Origin: Spirochaetota bacterium
GTDB taxonomy: Bacteria; Spirochaetota; JAHITG01; JAFGFC01
Assembly (NCBI GenBank): GCA_016931325.1
Contig: JAFGFC010000071.1
Span: forward strand, 11,379-75,378
Reading direction: 5' to 3'
DNA: 64,000 nt
Below, piece by piece: positions 19,903-30,631 of the stretch. Made by a program: the position numbers and the translations under genes. The first letter of the stretch is position 1. Every line of letters begins with the position of its first letter. The notes below the pieces were generated by a model. It did no database searches. It was given only the letters and a program-made list of their open reading frames with translations, and was not told the DNA's origin.

Positions 19903-19952
19903 CTAGTTCATAGTTTTAAAAGCCCAGAACTAAGAACGATGAACTATGAACC
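19903..19952 (+). promoter_or_regulatory. Operator-like array in the argG leader: two TAGTTNN heptads, an 8-bp spacer, four tandem NGAACNA heptads
   Basis: tagttca tagtttt aaaagccc agaacta agaacga tgaacta tgaaccg. Left and right halves are reverse complements (tagttca / tgaacta). Confidence 0.45.
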
Positions 19953-19976
19953 GATGTTGTTGATGGAGGAAATATT

Positions 19977-21176
19977 ATGGAAGGGATTAAGAAGATCGTG
20001 CTGGCTTATTCCGGCGGACTGGATACATCAGTTATTTTAAAATGGCTTCATTTGACCTACAAAGCCGAGATCATTGCCTATGTGGCTGATCTCGGCCAGA
20101 AAGAGGATTTTGAAGCCATTAAGAAAAAAGCTCTGCAAACAGGAGCCAGTAAGGTCTATATAGAGGACCTGAAAGAGGAATTCGTTAAGGATTATATATT
20201 TCCTGTGATAAAAGCTAATGCCATATACGAATCAAAATACCTTTTAGGGACTTCCATGGCCCGTCCGCTGATCGCGAAACGTCAGATCGAGATCGCTCAT
20301 AAAGAAAAAGCTCAGGCCGTGTCTCACGGCGCTACAGGCAAAGGGAATGATCAGGTGCGGTTCGAATTAACGTACATGGCACTGGATGATAAGATAAAGA
20401 TCATTGCCCCGTGGCGAGAATGGGACTTTAAAGGGAGAGACGACCTTGTTGAATTTGCCCGAAAACATGAAATACCCGTGCCTGTAACAAAAAAAAAGCC
20501 TTACAGCTCTGACCCTAATATATTCCATATCAGTTATGAAAGCGGCATCCTTGAAGACATCACTCAGGAAGGACCGGATGATATGTTCTCCATGACTCAG
20601 TCACCGGAAAAGGCCCCGAATAAAAGTGAATATATAAATATTGAATTTGAAAAAGGAGAACCTGTTGGGATCAACGGAAAAAAATTTCCTCCGGTTAAAC
20701 TTCTCCAGACCTTGAACTCGATGGCCGGAAAACATGGGGTTGGCCGTACTGATATGGTTGAAAACCGTCTGGTAGGAATTAAAAACAGAGGAGTATACGA
20801 AACACCGGGCGGAACAGTTCTTATTCAGGCTCATAAAGATCTGGAAGCCATTACTCTTGATAAAGACACTTTACATTTTAAAGAGATCGTGGCCCTTCGC
20901 TACAGCGAACTGGTCTATAATGGCCAGTGGTTCACTCCCTTGAGAAAAGCCCTTGATCAATTTATCGATGCCACACAAAAATATGTTACAGGAAGTGTCA
21001 GAGTAAAACTTTTTAAAGGTCACAGTTCCGTAGTAGGAAGACAATCGCCTTATTCTCTTTATAATCCTGATCTGGCTACTTTTGAGAAAGAAGAGGTCTA
21101 TGACCAGAAAGATGCCAAAGGGTTCATCAACCTTTTTGGATTACAGATGAAATACGGACATAAAGATCTTTCATAA
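19977..21176 (+). CDS. argG: Argininosuccinate synthase
   Basis: The PP-loop [13 protein letters not shown] and the conserved ArgG core (...[14 protein letters not shown]...). Confidence 0.9.
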   Translation: MEGIKKIVLAYSGGLDTSVILKWLHLTYKAEIIAYVADLGQKEDFEAIKKKALQTGASKVYIEDLKEEFVKDYIFPVIKANAIYESKYLLGTSMARPLIAKRQIEIAHKEKAQAVSHGATGKGNDQVRFELTYMALDDKIKIIAPWREWDFKGRDDLVEFARKHEIPVPVTKKKPYSSDPNIFHISYESGILEDITQEGPDDMFSMTQSPEKAPNKSEYINIEFEKGEPVGINGKKFPPVKLLQTLNSMAGKHGVGRTDMVENRLVGIKNRGVYETPGGTVLIQAHKDLEAITLDKDTLHFKEIVALRYSELVYNGQWFTPLRKALDQFIDATQKYVTGSVRVKLFKGHSSVVGRQSPYSLYNPDLATFEKEEVYDQKDAKGFINLFGLQMKYGHKDLS

Positions 21177-21247
21177 TAAATTTATTATTTATTGATTTTT
21201 TTTATAAAGACTGTATATTTTATTCATCCGTTATAAAGGTTACACTG

Positions 21248-22180
21248 ATGATCAAAATCTACCGTACCTCAAATAAAGTAACAAAAGAAATTCAACGCAT
21301 GAAAAAAAACTGCTGGATCCAGGTCACGAAACCCACGGAAAAAGAGATCCATGGATTAAAAGATCAATTTAACATCCCGATTGAATTTATCCGGGACCCT
21401 CTCGACCCTCATGAACGAGCTCGAACAGAAAAAGAAGATAATATCACGCTGATCATTATACGTATCCCTAAAACCAGCAATGCAGATCCATTAATAAAAT
21501 ACGTTACCATCCCCCTTGGTATCATCCTTTTACCGGACAGGATCATAACCATATGTCTTTCAAAAATCGAATTTCTTGAGAATTTCGCAAACAATCTGAT
21601 CAAAAATTTTTCCACAAAAAAGCGAAGCCGTTTTGTTCTTCAGATCCTTCACAGGACCGCTATCACTTTTTTAAATTATTTAAAAGATATTAACCAGCAA
21701 ACGTCTCTAGTGGAAAAAGAACTGCATCAATCCATGCGTAATGAGGAATTGATCGAACTTTTATATATTGAAAAGTCCCTGGTTTATTTTACCACCTCGT
21801 TAAAATCTAACGAGTTTATGATGGAACGTTTGAATAACGCCAGGGTTATTACGATGTACGAAGATGATAAGGATCTTTTAGAAGATGTTATTATAGAGAA
21901 TAAACAGGCTATAGAGATGGCTAATATCTACAGTAATATTTTAAGCGGGATGATGGACGCTTTTGCCTCCGTCATCTCCAATAATTTGAATATTGTCATG
22001 AAATTTTTAACCTCGATAACGATTATCCTGATGATCCCTACGCTCGTCGCCAGTATCTACGGCATGAATATTCATTTGCCTTTACAAAATCTATCTGGCT
22101 CTTTTATTTATCTGATGATCATATCCTTTGGATTGTCAATCATTGTCGTCTTCATCTTTCTTAAGCGCAAAATATTCTAG
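21248..22180 (+). CDS. corA: Magnesium/cobalt transporter CorA
   Basis: Two C-terminal TM helices with YGMN (SIYGMNIHLP). Confidence 0.85.
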   Translation: MIKIYRTSNKVTKEIQRMKKNCWIQVTKPTEKEIHGLKDQFNIPIEFIRDPLDPHERARTEKEDNITLIIIRIPKTSNADPLIKYVTIPLGIILLPDRIITICLSKIEFLENFANNLIKNFSTKKRSRFVLQILHRTAITFLNYLKDINQQTSLVEKELHQSMRNEELIELLYIEKSLVYFTTSLKSNEFMMERLNNARVITMYEDDKDLLEDVIIENKQAIEMANIYSNILSGMMDAFASVISNNLNIVMKFLTSITIILMIPTLVASIYGMNIHLPLQNLSGSFIYLMIISFGLSIIVVFIFLKRKIF

Positions 22181-22186
22181 AAAAAT

Positions 22187-22234
22187 AAAAGCTTTCTTAT
22201 CTTTCCCTTACAGGATTAAGATAAGAAAGCTTTT
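22187..22234. terminator. Bidirectional intrinsic terminator between convergent corA and the RRM-protein gene
   Basis: aaaagctttcttatcttt / loop / aagataagaaagctttt: a 17-bp stem flanked by an A-run and a T-run. Confidence 0.7.
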
Positions 22235-22242
22235 AAATTGTT

Positions 22243-22494
22243 TTAATTGGTACGTTCTCTTGCTTCATTAACGCGCAAGGGTCGGCCTGAGAAATCCGAT
22301 CCATTCAATGCTTCAATGGCTTTTATAGCATCATCATCTTCCATCTCAACAAAGCCAAATCCGCGGGATCTTCCTGTGTGACGATCCGTAACAATTTTAG
22401 CTGACAGTACAGTACCGTGTTTTTCGAACAATTCTTTCAGATCATCTTCAGATGTCTGGAACGGAATGTTCCCTACGTAAATTTTCTTCGCCAT
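22243..22494 (-). CDS. RRM-type RNA-binding protein (glycine-rich Rbp-like)
   Basis: RNP2 KIYVGNIPF and RNP1 RGFGFVEM. Confidence 0.8.
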   Translation of the reverse strand: MAKKIYVGNIPFQTSEDDLKELFEKHGTVLSAKIVTDRHTGRSRGFGFVEMEDDDAIKAIEALNGSDFSGRPLRVNEARERTN

Positions 22495-22840
22495 TAATCG
22501 TTCCTCCTTAAATTTACTAGTTCTTTATTCATCTTTTGGATGAAATATTTGATTAAAAAGCCAAATTGATATAAAAAATGGTTAGCGTTCATGATTTAAA
22601 TATGATAATAAAAATACCCTGAGACATTCACCTGAAATTTCCTTGAAATAAAAGTCTATGGATGGAATCAATATAAAGGACGCAGAAAACAGGGAAGAAT
22701 TTTAAATCAAAAAAATAATTTACACAGATATACGAAACCAATTTAATACAACAGTTCAGGGAATTACTTTTTCCTGAGATCTCCTTTTCAAAATAATGAT
22801 TTAATTTATACTATATATTTTGATTTGTCAAATATTTTTT

Positions 22841-23269
22841 TCAAGCTATTTCAACCAGCTGAATATCAAAGACCAGATCTTTACCAGCCAGAGGATGATT
22901 GGCATCCAGGGTCACTTTATCCTTTTTAATATCAGTTATCCTGACAATGATAGCCCGTCCATTCTCCTGTGGGATCTGAAGCTGCTGTCCGACTTTTATG
23001 TTGATATCTTTGGGTAATCTCTCACGCTCGACTGTTGCCACCATATCATCGCGATGAGGGCCATAGGCTTCATCTTTCACAATGGTAATGGTTTTTGATT
23101 CATTGATTTCCATCCCGGAAACAGCTTTTTCAAAACCCGGGATAATGGTTCCATCGCCAATGATAAATTGTAAAGGTTCCTTATCTTTAGAACTGTCAAA
23201 TACCGTTCCATCATTGAATTTGCCGGTATAATGAACTTTTACCTTGTCTCCTTTTTTTGCTTTTGACAC
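22841..23269 (-). CDS. FKBP-type peptidyl-prolyl cis-trans isomerase (SlyD/FkpB-like)
   Basis: GDKVKVHYTGKFNDGTVFDSS...LQFIIGDGTIIPGFEKAVSGM. Confidence 0.8.
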   Translation of the reverse strand: MSKAKKGDKVKVHYTGKFNDGTVFDSSKDKEPLQFIIGDGTIIPGFEKAVSGMEINESKTITIVKDEAYGPHRDDMVATVERERLPKDINIKVGQQLQIPQENGRAIIVRITDIKKDKVTLDANHPLAGKDLVFDIQLVEIA

Positions 23270-23363
23270 AATAAATCTCCTTTCATTAATCTTAGCAGGA
23301 AGTCATAATATACACTTATTTAATTAAAAAGACAACAAAAATCCACTTTTTTTCATATTTACT

Positions 23364-24077
23364 CTAATATTCTGTGGGCTTTTGAACCAGGAAATCATCA
23401 AGATCTATGGCAAAAGGGGTTCCTGCATTCGTTGTACTGCCGTAGAATCCCGCTTGACCTGCCGTATAGGTGCCATCGACTTTGGAAATACTTTTGATCA
23501 AATTACCGTAGGCATTTTTCAAACACAAGCTCAACTGCAAATTATTATATTCAAATTCCAGAAAGTAAGTTATGTTGGTGGCCAGTTCAACAGATGAGGA
23601 TTGAATGACAGGCCCTTGAAATTGATTATCCATCCTTATGATGCTCATTATATTATTTGTTGAAATTCCGGCAGCATACCCCCTTCCGTTCACACCATCC
23701 ACCATATGCATCAGGCAAATATCACTCTTGCCTCTCTGTGTCGATTTAAATTTCATAATGACCCGAAACAGGATATTATTAAAACTCCTGTTCGTATAAT
23801 AGGCCAAAGCCCCATTGACCATGGTCACTATATTATTTGTAATTTTTATGACTGAATTGCTGGATGACAGGATAACTTTCCAATCATTTCCTAACGAGGC
23901 GTTGGTGGTATCCGCTCGATTAAAATTATCTGAAAAGATTGTTTCCCATTCCGTGGGGGTCGGATTATTGCCAATATAGTTAATCGCCTTTGGGTCCAGT
24001 GGATTATCACGTTTTCTTATACAATTTATAAGAATGAAAAATGATCCTATTATAATGTATATTAAATATTTTTTCAC
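23364..24077 (-). CDS. Hypothetical secreted lipoprotein (beta-sandwich/LamG-like fold possible)
   Basis: Lipoprotein-type signal ending ...LINC. No confident family assignment. Confidence 0.35.
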   Translation of the reverse strand: MKKYLIYIIIGSFFILINCIRKRDNPLDPKAINYIGNNPTPTEWETIFSDNFNRADTTNASLGNDWKVILSSSNSVIKITNNIVTMVNGALAYYTNRSFNNILFRVIMKFKSTQRGKSDICLMHMVDGVNGRGYAAGISTNNIMSIIRMDNQFQGPVIQSSSVELATNITYFLEFEYNNLQLSLCLKNAYGNLIKSISKVDGTYTAGQAGFYGSTTNAGTPFAIDLDDFLVQKPTEY

Positions 24078-24089
24078 TGTTTTTCTTTT

Positions 24090-24551
24090 TTAAAACCTTT
24101 GTTTAAAAGAGATCCCAAACGCTGTTCCCTTCAGGGCATAAAGATCAACATTCAGCCGACTTTCATTTTGCAGATCCTTCCCGGTTTCATCTTTCTTTTC
24201 GATAAAAAAACCGGCATCGATCATATTGAACACATGGAACATTATCGCCAGACTGATAGTATATTGACATGCCGTTAAAAGGTTTTTATAAGTATCCCAT
24301 TTATCATCAAATCCTTCCGTGGCTTTTCTGTAATTGGCATAGGCTCTGTCCTGAAGGCGATAGCTGATGACAAAACTGCTTAACAGGACAAGTTCAATAC
24401 CAGTATAGATCCTGCCTTTCTTTTCTTCTCCTGAATATCTTTGCCCCCACCCGGCCAGGAGAGATGATCTCCAGAACGCCTGGGAATCCCACCCATATAA
24501 AATAAAATGAAAACAAAAAATAAAAAGAATTACCAAAGCGATATATTTCAT
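24090..24551 (-). CDS. Hypothetical membrane protein (DUF5683-like GWGQxY motif)
   Basis: Signal/TM N-terminus. LLAGWGQRYSG resembles the PGxGQxY motif of DUF5683 proteins. Weak assignment. Confidence 0.3.
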   Translation of the reverse strand: MKYIALVILFIFCFHFILYGWDSQAFWRSSLLAGWGQRYSGEEKKGRIYTGIELVLLSSFVISYRLQDRAYANYRKATEGFDDKWDTYKNLLTACQYTISLAIMFHVFNMIDAGFFIEKKDETGKDLQNESRLNVDLYALKGTAFGISFKQRF

Positions 24552-24565
24552 TCTTATCCCCTTTA

Positions 24566-26302
24566 TTAAGATAGAATCGATTTTTCTATTTTCGCCCAGC
24601 TATCACGCAAGTTTACAATACGATTAAAAATCATCCTCCCGGATGACGTATCAGGATCCAGACAAAAATATCCCTGCCTTAAAAATTGAAATCGATCGCC
24701 AACTTGCGCGTTTTTCAAGGAAGGCTCTGCAAAACAGTCTTTGATGATCTCCATGGATCGTGGATTTAAATTGGATGTGAAATCAGATCCTTCCGGTAAA
24801 TTTTCTGGATCTTCTTTCAGAAAAAGATGGTCATACAGGTTGACCTGCACCTTTATGGCGTGTGCCGTGGAAACCCAGTGAAGGGTTCCCATCACCTTTC
24901 TGCCATCCTCTGTCCATCCTCCTTTTGATCGGGGATCATAGGTGCAATGCAGTTCAATGATATCGCCTGTTTTTTCATCTTTTACAATGCTTTCGCATCT
25001 TATATAATACGCATGTTTTAATCTCACTTCGCGGCCTATTGCCAGTCGAAAGAATTTTTTAGGGGGATCTTCCTTGAAATCCTCACGCTCAATATAGATC
25101 ACTTTGGAAAAAGGGATCGTTCTTTTCCCCATGGATTCATCTTCAGGATTATTGATCGCATCCAGTTCTTCCACCTTTTCATCCGGATAATTATCGATGA
25201 TAACTTTTAACGGCCGTAATACAACCATAACACGGTTAGCGGTTTTGTTCAGGTCTTCTCTCAAGCAGTGTTCTAAGAGAGCGATATCCACAACACTGTT
25301 GCTTTTGGCTACCCCGATCCTGTTACAAAAAACCTTTATCGATTCCGGAGTATAACCCCGTCGTCTCAACCCTGAAAGGGTCGGCATCCTGGGATCATCC
25401 CATCCCTTCACATGCCCTTCTGATACCAGATGCAAAAGCTTACGTTTGCTCAATACCGTGTACGTGATATTAAGACGGGCAAATTCGATCTGCCGGGGAT
25501 GAGCGGGGGTAGAAAGCTGATCCAAAAACCAGTCATATAAAGGTCGATGATCCTCAAATTCCAGAGTACAAAGAGAATGAGTGATACTCTCAATGGCATC
25601 AGAAAGGGGGTGGGCAAAATCATACATGGGATAGATACACCATTTATCGCCGGTTTTTGGATGAGAAGCCTTCAAGATCCGGTACATGGATGGATCACGC
25701 ATATTGATATTCCCGGATGCCATATCGATCCTGGCCCTGAGGACACAGGCTCCTTCTTCCATCTCGCCATTTCTCATTTTTTCTAAAAGAGACAGATTTT
25801 CTTCAACTGAACGGTTTCTGTATGGGCTATCTTTGCCCGCCTGTGTCAGTGTCCCTCTATACTCGCGGATCTCATCAGATGTCAGCGTATCAACATACGC
25901 CTTGCCTTTCTTCACCAGCTGAACGGCATAATCATATATCTTTTCAAAATAATCAGAGGCATAGTATTCATGATCATCCCAATCATACCCCAGCCACCTG
26001 ATATCTTTTTTAATGGCGTCTATATATTCCATCTCTTCTTTGGTGGGATTGGTGTCATCAAAACGCAAATGACATCGTCCCTTGAATTCTTCAGCAACGC
26101 TGAAATTAAGGACAATGGCTTTGGCATGTCCAATATGAAGATATCCATTGGGTTCCGGGGGGAACCGGGTTATGACCTGACCATTATTCTTATTCTGCTT
26201 CAGATCATTTCTGATGATCTCACGGATAAAATCTAATCCGGTCAGGTTCTCATCTTTCTTTGCAATGATATCAGTATTTTTCTTTTCCATTTTATTTGGC
26301 AC
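24566..26302 (-). CDS. glnS: Glutaminyl-tRNA synthetase
   Basis: [18 protein letters not shown] (HIGH motif), VLSKRKL (KMSKS variant), C-terminal anticodon-binding beta-barrels. Length 578 aa. Confidence 0.85.
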   Translation of the reverse strand: MPNKMEKKNTDIIAKKDENLTGLDFIREIIRNDLKQNKNNGQVITRFPPEPNGYLHIGHAKAIVLNFSVAEEFKGRCHLRFDDTNPTKEEMEYIDAIKKDIRWLGYDWDDHEYYASDYFEKIYDYAVQLVKKGKAYVDTLTSDEIREYRGTLTQAGKDSPYRNRSVEENLSLLEKMRNGEMEEGACVLRARIDMASGNINMRDPSMYRILKASHPKTGDKWCIYPMYDFAHPLSDAIESITHSLCTLEFEDHRPLYDWFLDQLSTPAHPRQIEFARLNITYTVLSKRKLLHLVSEGHVKGWDDPRMPTLSGLRRRGYTPESIKVFCNRIGVAKSNSVVDIALLEHCLREDLNKTANRVMVVLRPLKVIIDNYPDEKVEELDAINNPEDESMGKRTIPFSKVIYIEREDFKEDPPKKFFRLAIGREVRLKHAYYIRCESIVKDEKTGDIIELHCTYDPRSKGGWTEDGRKVMGTLHWVSTAHAIKVQVNLYDHLFLKEDPENLPEGSDFTSNLNPRSMEIIKDCFAEPSLKNAQVGDRFQFLRQGYFCLDPDTSSGRMIFNRIVNLRDSWAKIEKSILS

Positions 26303-26358
26303 TTGACTTTGGGTATTTTAGTTTACCGGATTATGTATCAAATGTCAAGGCAAGACCA

Positions 26359-28026
26359 TTATTTTTTAACAACAAGCTTGAAAGTAGCCTTTATACTATC
26401 ACCTTCGATAATAACAAGATAAATACCGGCTCCGACTTTCATTCCCTCATCCCCCACCGTTCCATCCCATATCTGGCTGGTATTTTCAACATAGTACTGT
26501 TTATCAAAGGATTTAACCAGATTTCCTGAAAGATTGTAAATATTGATACTGGCCAGTCCACTCTGAGCCAAAAATATCCTGGTTATATCTCCTTTTGAAA
26601 GATCAATGTAATTTGGGTATACACCGGTTTTTAATGAAGAAAAAGCCCAGGGGGGATAATAAACAACATTGGAAGGCAGGGATGTTCCGGCTTTGTTTGT
26701 GGCAATAACCTTATACCAGTATAAATCATTCTCCTTGATACTTTTATCGTGAAAACTTGATACATTGCTGGCACTTGTTCCCAGGGGATAAAAATTTATA
26801 CCATCCGGACTCCGGAAGATCTTGAATCCCCCTTCGTTAATTGTATTATCCTGCCAGTTCAGGTTCACAGAGCCGGATAAAGGAGTAAGAGCAAGTAATG
26901 TCGGGGGATACGGATAAGGCGGCTGAAGATATTTTTCCAGAAAACAATAATTCGTTAAAAAATTGAGTGACTTGTAACCGAGTACATACACGAATCCCTG
27001 ATCATTAACCGCTGTTCCAAAGATATAATGGTCATGCCTGTGATAATCAATGATATTCCCCTGATTATCATATTTCAATGTCAGGCGACTGCCGTTCGTA
27101 TGACCTGTCACATAAAGAAAATTCCAATTATCCAAGGTGATATAAGTAGCCTCATCATCATGCCCTGAATCAAAATCCTTTGACCATATTACATTGCCGT
27201 TCGTTGAATATTTGATCGTATACCAGTCCTTGTTTATTCCATTATATCTATACCCTGTAACGTAAACATAACCGGAATTATCCAAACCTATATCAAAAGC
27301 CTCATCATGTCCTCCGCTGTCATACTGCTGGGTCCATATCGTATTGCCAGATGGATCATATTTGATGGTAAAATAATCCTTGTGTATCCCTGTATCTTTA
27401 ATACCTGTCACATAAATATTGCCGCTGTTATCCACAGCGACAGCACGGGATTCTTCATCTTTACTGATACCCTGATCAAAGGTCTGCGTCCAGATGGTGT
27501 TTCCATTCGTATGATATTTCAGTGTACAAAAATGTCGGTTCAATACAGCCGCAGGTCTGGTATAACCTGTGACATAAATATAACCAGAATTATGATAGGC
27601 TATATCCCAGGCTTCATCATGATTCCCTGCCGTATATCCTCTGATCCAGCCAATATTCCATAAAGGGTCATACTTAATGGTACGCATATTAAAGAGTATT
27701 CCATTCAGGATAAAACCGGCAATATATACATTACTGTGACTGTCAACAACGATCCCATGACAGAAATCGGTATCCCCGCTGTCATATTCCTCCATATGTT
27801 CAATGGTACTGTCAGGATTGATCTTCAGGGTCATAAAATTCGGATTGGAATTATTTTTATCCCCTACAATATAAACATTCCCGGATCGATCAAGCGTAAG
27901 GTCACGACCCCTGGCCGAATCAACGCCATTATAAGACTGTGTCCATACCAGGGCCCATTTACCTTGCAGGGGAACAGAGAAAAGGATCTGAAAAAAAAGG
28001 ATAAGAAAATAAAAATATTTCATCAT
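26359..28026 (-). CDS. Secreted beta-propeller (SBBP repeat) protein with FN3 domain and T9SS-type C-terminal sorting domain
   Basis: Signal peptide. Repeated YxxSGNxIWTQxYD units. FN3-like PPTLLALTPLSGSVNLNWQD...YWYKVIATNKAGTS. C-terminal ...GIYLVIIEGDSIKATFKLVVKK is typical of Por/T9SS CTDs. Confidence 0.65.
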   Translation of the reverse strand: MMKYFYFLILFFQILFSVPLQGKWALVWTQSYNGVDSARGRDLTLDRSGNVYIVGDKNNSNPNFMTLKINPDSTIEHMEEYDSGDTDFCHGIVVDSHSNVYIAGFILNGILFNMRTIKYDPLWNIGWIRGYTAGNHDEAWDIAYHNSGYIYVTGYTRPAAVLNRHFCTLKYHTNGNTIWTQTFDQGISKDEESRAVAVDNSGNIYVTGIKDTGIHKDYFTIKYDPSGNTIWTQQYDSGGHDEAFDIGLDNSGYVYVTGYRYNGINKDWYTIKYSTNGNVIWSKDFDSGHDDEATYITLDNWNFLYVTGHTNGSRLTLKYDNQGNIIDYHRHDHYIFGTAVNDQGFVYVLGYKSLNFLTNYCFLEKYLQPPYPYPPTLLALTPLSGSVNLNWQDNTINEGGFKIFRSPDGINFYPLGTSASNVSSFHDKSIKENDLYWYKVIATNKAGTSLPSNVVYYPPWAFSSLKTGVYPNYIDLSKGDITRIFLAQSGLASINIYNLSGNLVKSFDKQYYVENTSQIWDGTVGDEGMKVGAGIYLVIIEGDSIKATFKLVVKK

Positions 28027-29078
28027 CTCTGATCTATCATTTGTTGAATAATATCGATCACTTTCCTGGTATATTCCGGCGCCACAAGAATAGAGAAATG
28101 ATCGGCTCCCTTCAGTATAAATTGCCGGCTGTTTGAAGATAATCGGGTCATATCCTTTTGAAGGGTAAGCCAGATCTGTTTGAATTCTTCCTGAGTCATA
28201 TTATCCGGTAGCCCCACACCGGTATCAGCACTGATAACGACCAGGGGTATCTTTCCCAGAATGTTTTTTTTCTGCGCCTGAGAAGCTTTTTCCCTGCAGA
28301 GAAAATCTATCTCTCTTTTGGCCGTTCTCCAGTGTCTGGGATTTAACACCAGTCCCTGATAGGCTTTTTTATATCGTTCCGGCACGTCATCCGGTATCCC
28401 AAAAAAACGGCCGACCGGCCCTAAAAGGCCCAGTGAATAAAATATCTTTAATAATCCCGTTCCCGAAAGCCACGGCATGATCGCATACATCTGCATCTGC
28501 CTTTTTTTCAAGACCAGGGGAAATTCCATGGGTTCTTTGAGATCTGAGAACTGCACCGGATGAGCGGCATCTAAAAGCACGATCCCTTTTACAAGTGAGG
28601 GATACTTTTGCGCGAACATCCTTACATTAAATCCTCCCAGGGAATGACCTACGAGGATATATGGGCCTTTTACTCCGGCTTTCTTTAACAGGGTATACAA
28701 TTCGGATATGATCTGATCGCAGGTACGGTCCCCGGGGCAGTCATCGCTCCAGCCGTAACCCGCTCGATCATAAGAACAGACTTTTGTGGATCCGGATAAT
28801 CCCTTCTGGATCATGTACATGGAGAGGGCATTGCCTCCGATGCCGGCTTCCAGAATAACCGCCGGTTCACCTTTGCCCATACACCAGATATGCAGGTTGT
28901 GTTGGCCTATATGCACCAGTTTACCCGGCGGGGGATACTCTTTGAATATTCTGTTTGATTCGAAAGCCTGATATAAAATATTGATCAGCATCAGGGCTAT
29001 GATGATGATCAATATAATCAGCAGCCGTTTCAATATTTTTTTTATCTCACTTCGTTTCATCGTCTTCCTTTTTTTCAC
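28023..29078 (-). CDS. Alpha/beta hydrolase, membrane-anchored
   Basis: N-terminal TM helix. Nucleophile elbow GHSLGG. Confidence 0.7.
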   Translation of the reverse strand: MKKRKTMKRSEIKKILKRLLIILIIIIALMLINILYQAFESNRIFKEYPPPGKLVHIGQHNLHIWCMGKGEPAVILEAGIGGNALSMYMIQKGLSGSTKVCSYDRAGYGWSDDCPGDRTCDQIISELYTLLKKAGVKGPYILVGHSLGGFNVRMFAQKYPSLVKGIVLLDAAHPVQFSDLKEPMEFPLVLKKRQMQMYAIMPWLSGTGLLKIFYSLGLLGPVGRFFGIPDDVPERYKKAYQGLVLNPRHWRTAKREIDFLCREKASQAQKKNILGKIPLVVISADTGVGLPDNMTQEEFKQIWLTLQKDMTRLSSNSRQFILKGADHFSILVAPEYTRKVIDIIQQMIDQR

Positions 29079-29125
29079 CGGATATTCTGGATTGAAATTT
29101 TAAAAAAATGAAAAATACATTTCAG

Positions 29126-30052
29126 CTAATCGTAAGAATGACTATTTGCCAGTTGATCATAAGCAAATAAGACAATATTAACAAAAACCAGAACAAAAAA
29201 TCCTGCCACACCGGTTAATCCCACAGTCAGATCACTTCCCCCTTTTACGACCATGATAGCCAGCCCGGCTGTTCCATTCAATGATCCATGCAGAATACAG
29301 GTGGCGATAACAGACCTGGCTTTAATTCTGATATAACTGAACAAAGGACCTAAAAGAATACACCAGATGATCATCATTAAAACTCCGATCTGAGGATGTT
29401 CGGGATAATTATGACCCATAAGGATAACCGGAGCATGCCACAAACCCCAGATAAAACCTATTAAAAATGAGGATTTCCAGAAACTTAATGACTCGAATTC
29501 TTTCTGGAGGAATCCTCGCCACCCTATCTCTTCACCAAAGCTTATTACAGCATTGATGGTTATCGCGCCTACCATTCCCTGAATAAGAGCTAACCAGAAA
29601 GGATGGAGGGGGAGAGACTTTGTTTGAGCCATCGCCTTTTCCCATTCCTCAGGAGGAAGGATCATTTTTAACTTTGCCATTATGCCGGCCATTTCAGGTG
29701 AAAATTCAATCCCGGGAAAAAGCAGACTGACCCCTAAGGTGGCAAACGCTAAGAAAGGAGGAATAAGCCAGGCCATAAGGAAAAAGAAATTCAATTTAAA
29801 AGAAATACCTAACGGTATTTTAATAGGTTCTTTATAGACAAGCTTTTGAACAATAAAAACGGAAATCATAGGCATGAACATATACAGGGTGCCCATGATC
29901 GCCGCATTGGGCATGGTCCATTTTCCACCGCCGAGATAATAAAGGCCAATTAAAATAAAACTGAGCAGATAGGTCAAACCTGTAAAAATTAATATTTTTT
30001 TCTTATTCACTGGTGATCCTTTGTAACAAAAATATCCTGAAATAAATCCCAA
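29126..30052 (-). CDS. CPBP-family (CAAX/Abi) intramembrane metalloprotease
   Basis: Polytopic. Motif 1 EEIGWRGFL and motif 2 FIWGLWH. Confidence 0.7.
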   Translation of the reverse strand: MGFISGYFCYKGSPVNKKKILIFTGLTYLLSFILIGLYYLGGGKWTMPNAAIMGTLYMFMPMISVFIVQKLVYKEPIKIPLGISFKLNFFFLMAWLIPPFLAFATLGVSLLFPGIEFSPEMAGIMAKLKMILPPEEWEKAMAQTKSLPLHPFWLALIQGMVGAITINAVISFGEEIGWRGFLQKEFESLSFWKSSFLIGFIWGLWHAPVILMGHNYPEHPQIGVLMMIIWCILLGPLFSYIRIKARSVIATCILHGSLNGTAGLAIMVVKGGSDLTVGLTGVAGFFVLVFVNIVLFAYDQLANSHSYD

Positions 30053-30053
30053 G

Positions 30054-30518
30054 TCAAGGAAAGATATTTTGGGGCGTGACCATCCATTTCACGGACCAAT
30101 CCTCTTCTTTTCTTTCCAGGGCTACCATGCAACCCATCTGGAAGGATATTATCTTTTTTTTATCATCCTGACATAAAAGCAGGGCGATCATCTTTTCCAG
30201 ATAGGGCAAATGCCCCACAATGAGAAGGTCCTGGTCCATTTGCCTGATCTTCTCAAACCACCCGGATGGATCGTCCATGGGAGCCAGACCCTGTTCTTCG
30301 GATACACCGTCTTCCGGATGTAGCTTTTCTGCCAGGATCAGGGCGGTCTGTTTGGCCCTCAGTTTTGTGCTGTGAATGATCTTATCGATTGAAAGATCCA
30401 ACCTTGAAACATAACTGGCTACTCCGGTTATCTCTTCAATGCCCTGATCTGAAAGCGGCCTTTCAGGATCTTCTTCCTTGCTTTTGGCTGAAGCATGTTG
30501 AACTAAATATAACATCAT
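30054..30518 (-). CDS. sixA: Histidine phosphatase family protein (SixA-like phosphohistidine phosphatase)
   Basis: LYLVQHASAK (RHG-type motif with Q) and LLIVGHLP. Confidence 0.6.
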   Translation of the reverse strand: MMLYLVQHASAKSKEEDPERPLSDQGIEEITGVASYVSRLDLSIDKIIHSTKLRAKQTALILAEKLHPEDGVSEEQGLAPMDDPSGWFEKIRQMDQDLLIVGHLPYLEKMIALLLCQDDKKKIISFQMGCMVALERKEEDWSVKWMVTPQNIFP

Positions 30519-30631
30519 AAACGGTTATTCCTCCTGTTCATACAGGAATCATTTCAATTCTTCACGAAACAAAAACACTGTAAAATAAAATTATGTATTA
30601 AAGCAAGGAACGGGTCGATACAATATTTTCC

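Noticed and set aside
19781-19976. CIRCE (TTAGCACTC-N9-GAGTGCTAA) upstream of grpE
   Set aside because: It was not found on either strand. Only sigma70-like hexamers are present.
21177-21210. Intrinsic terminator after argG (ataaat-ttatt-atttat followed by T8)
   Set aside because: The stem is entirely A/T and only 6 bp long, so it is too weak to call confidently. It may still function in an AT-rich genome.
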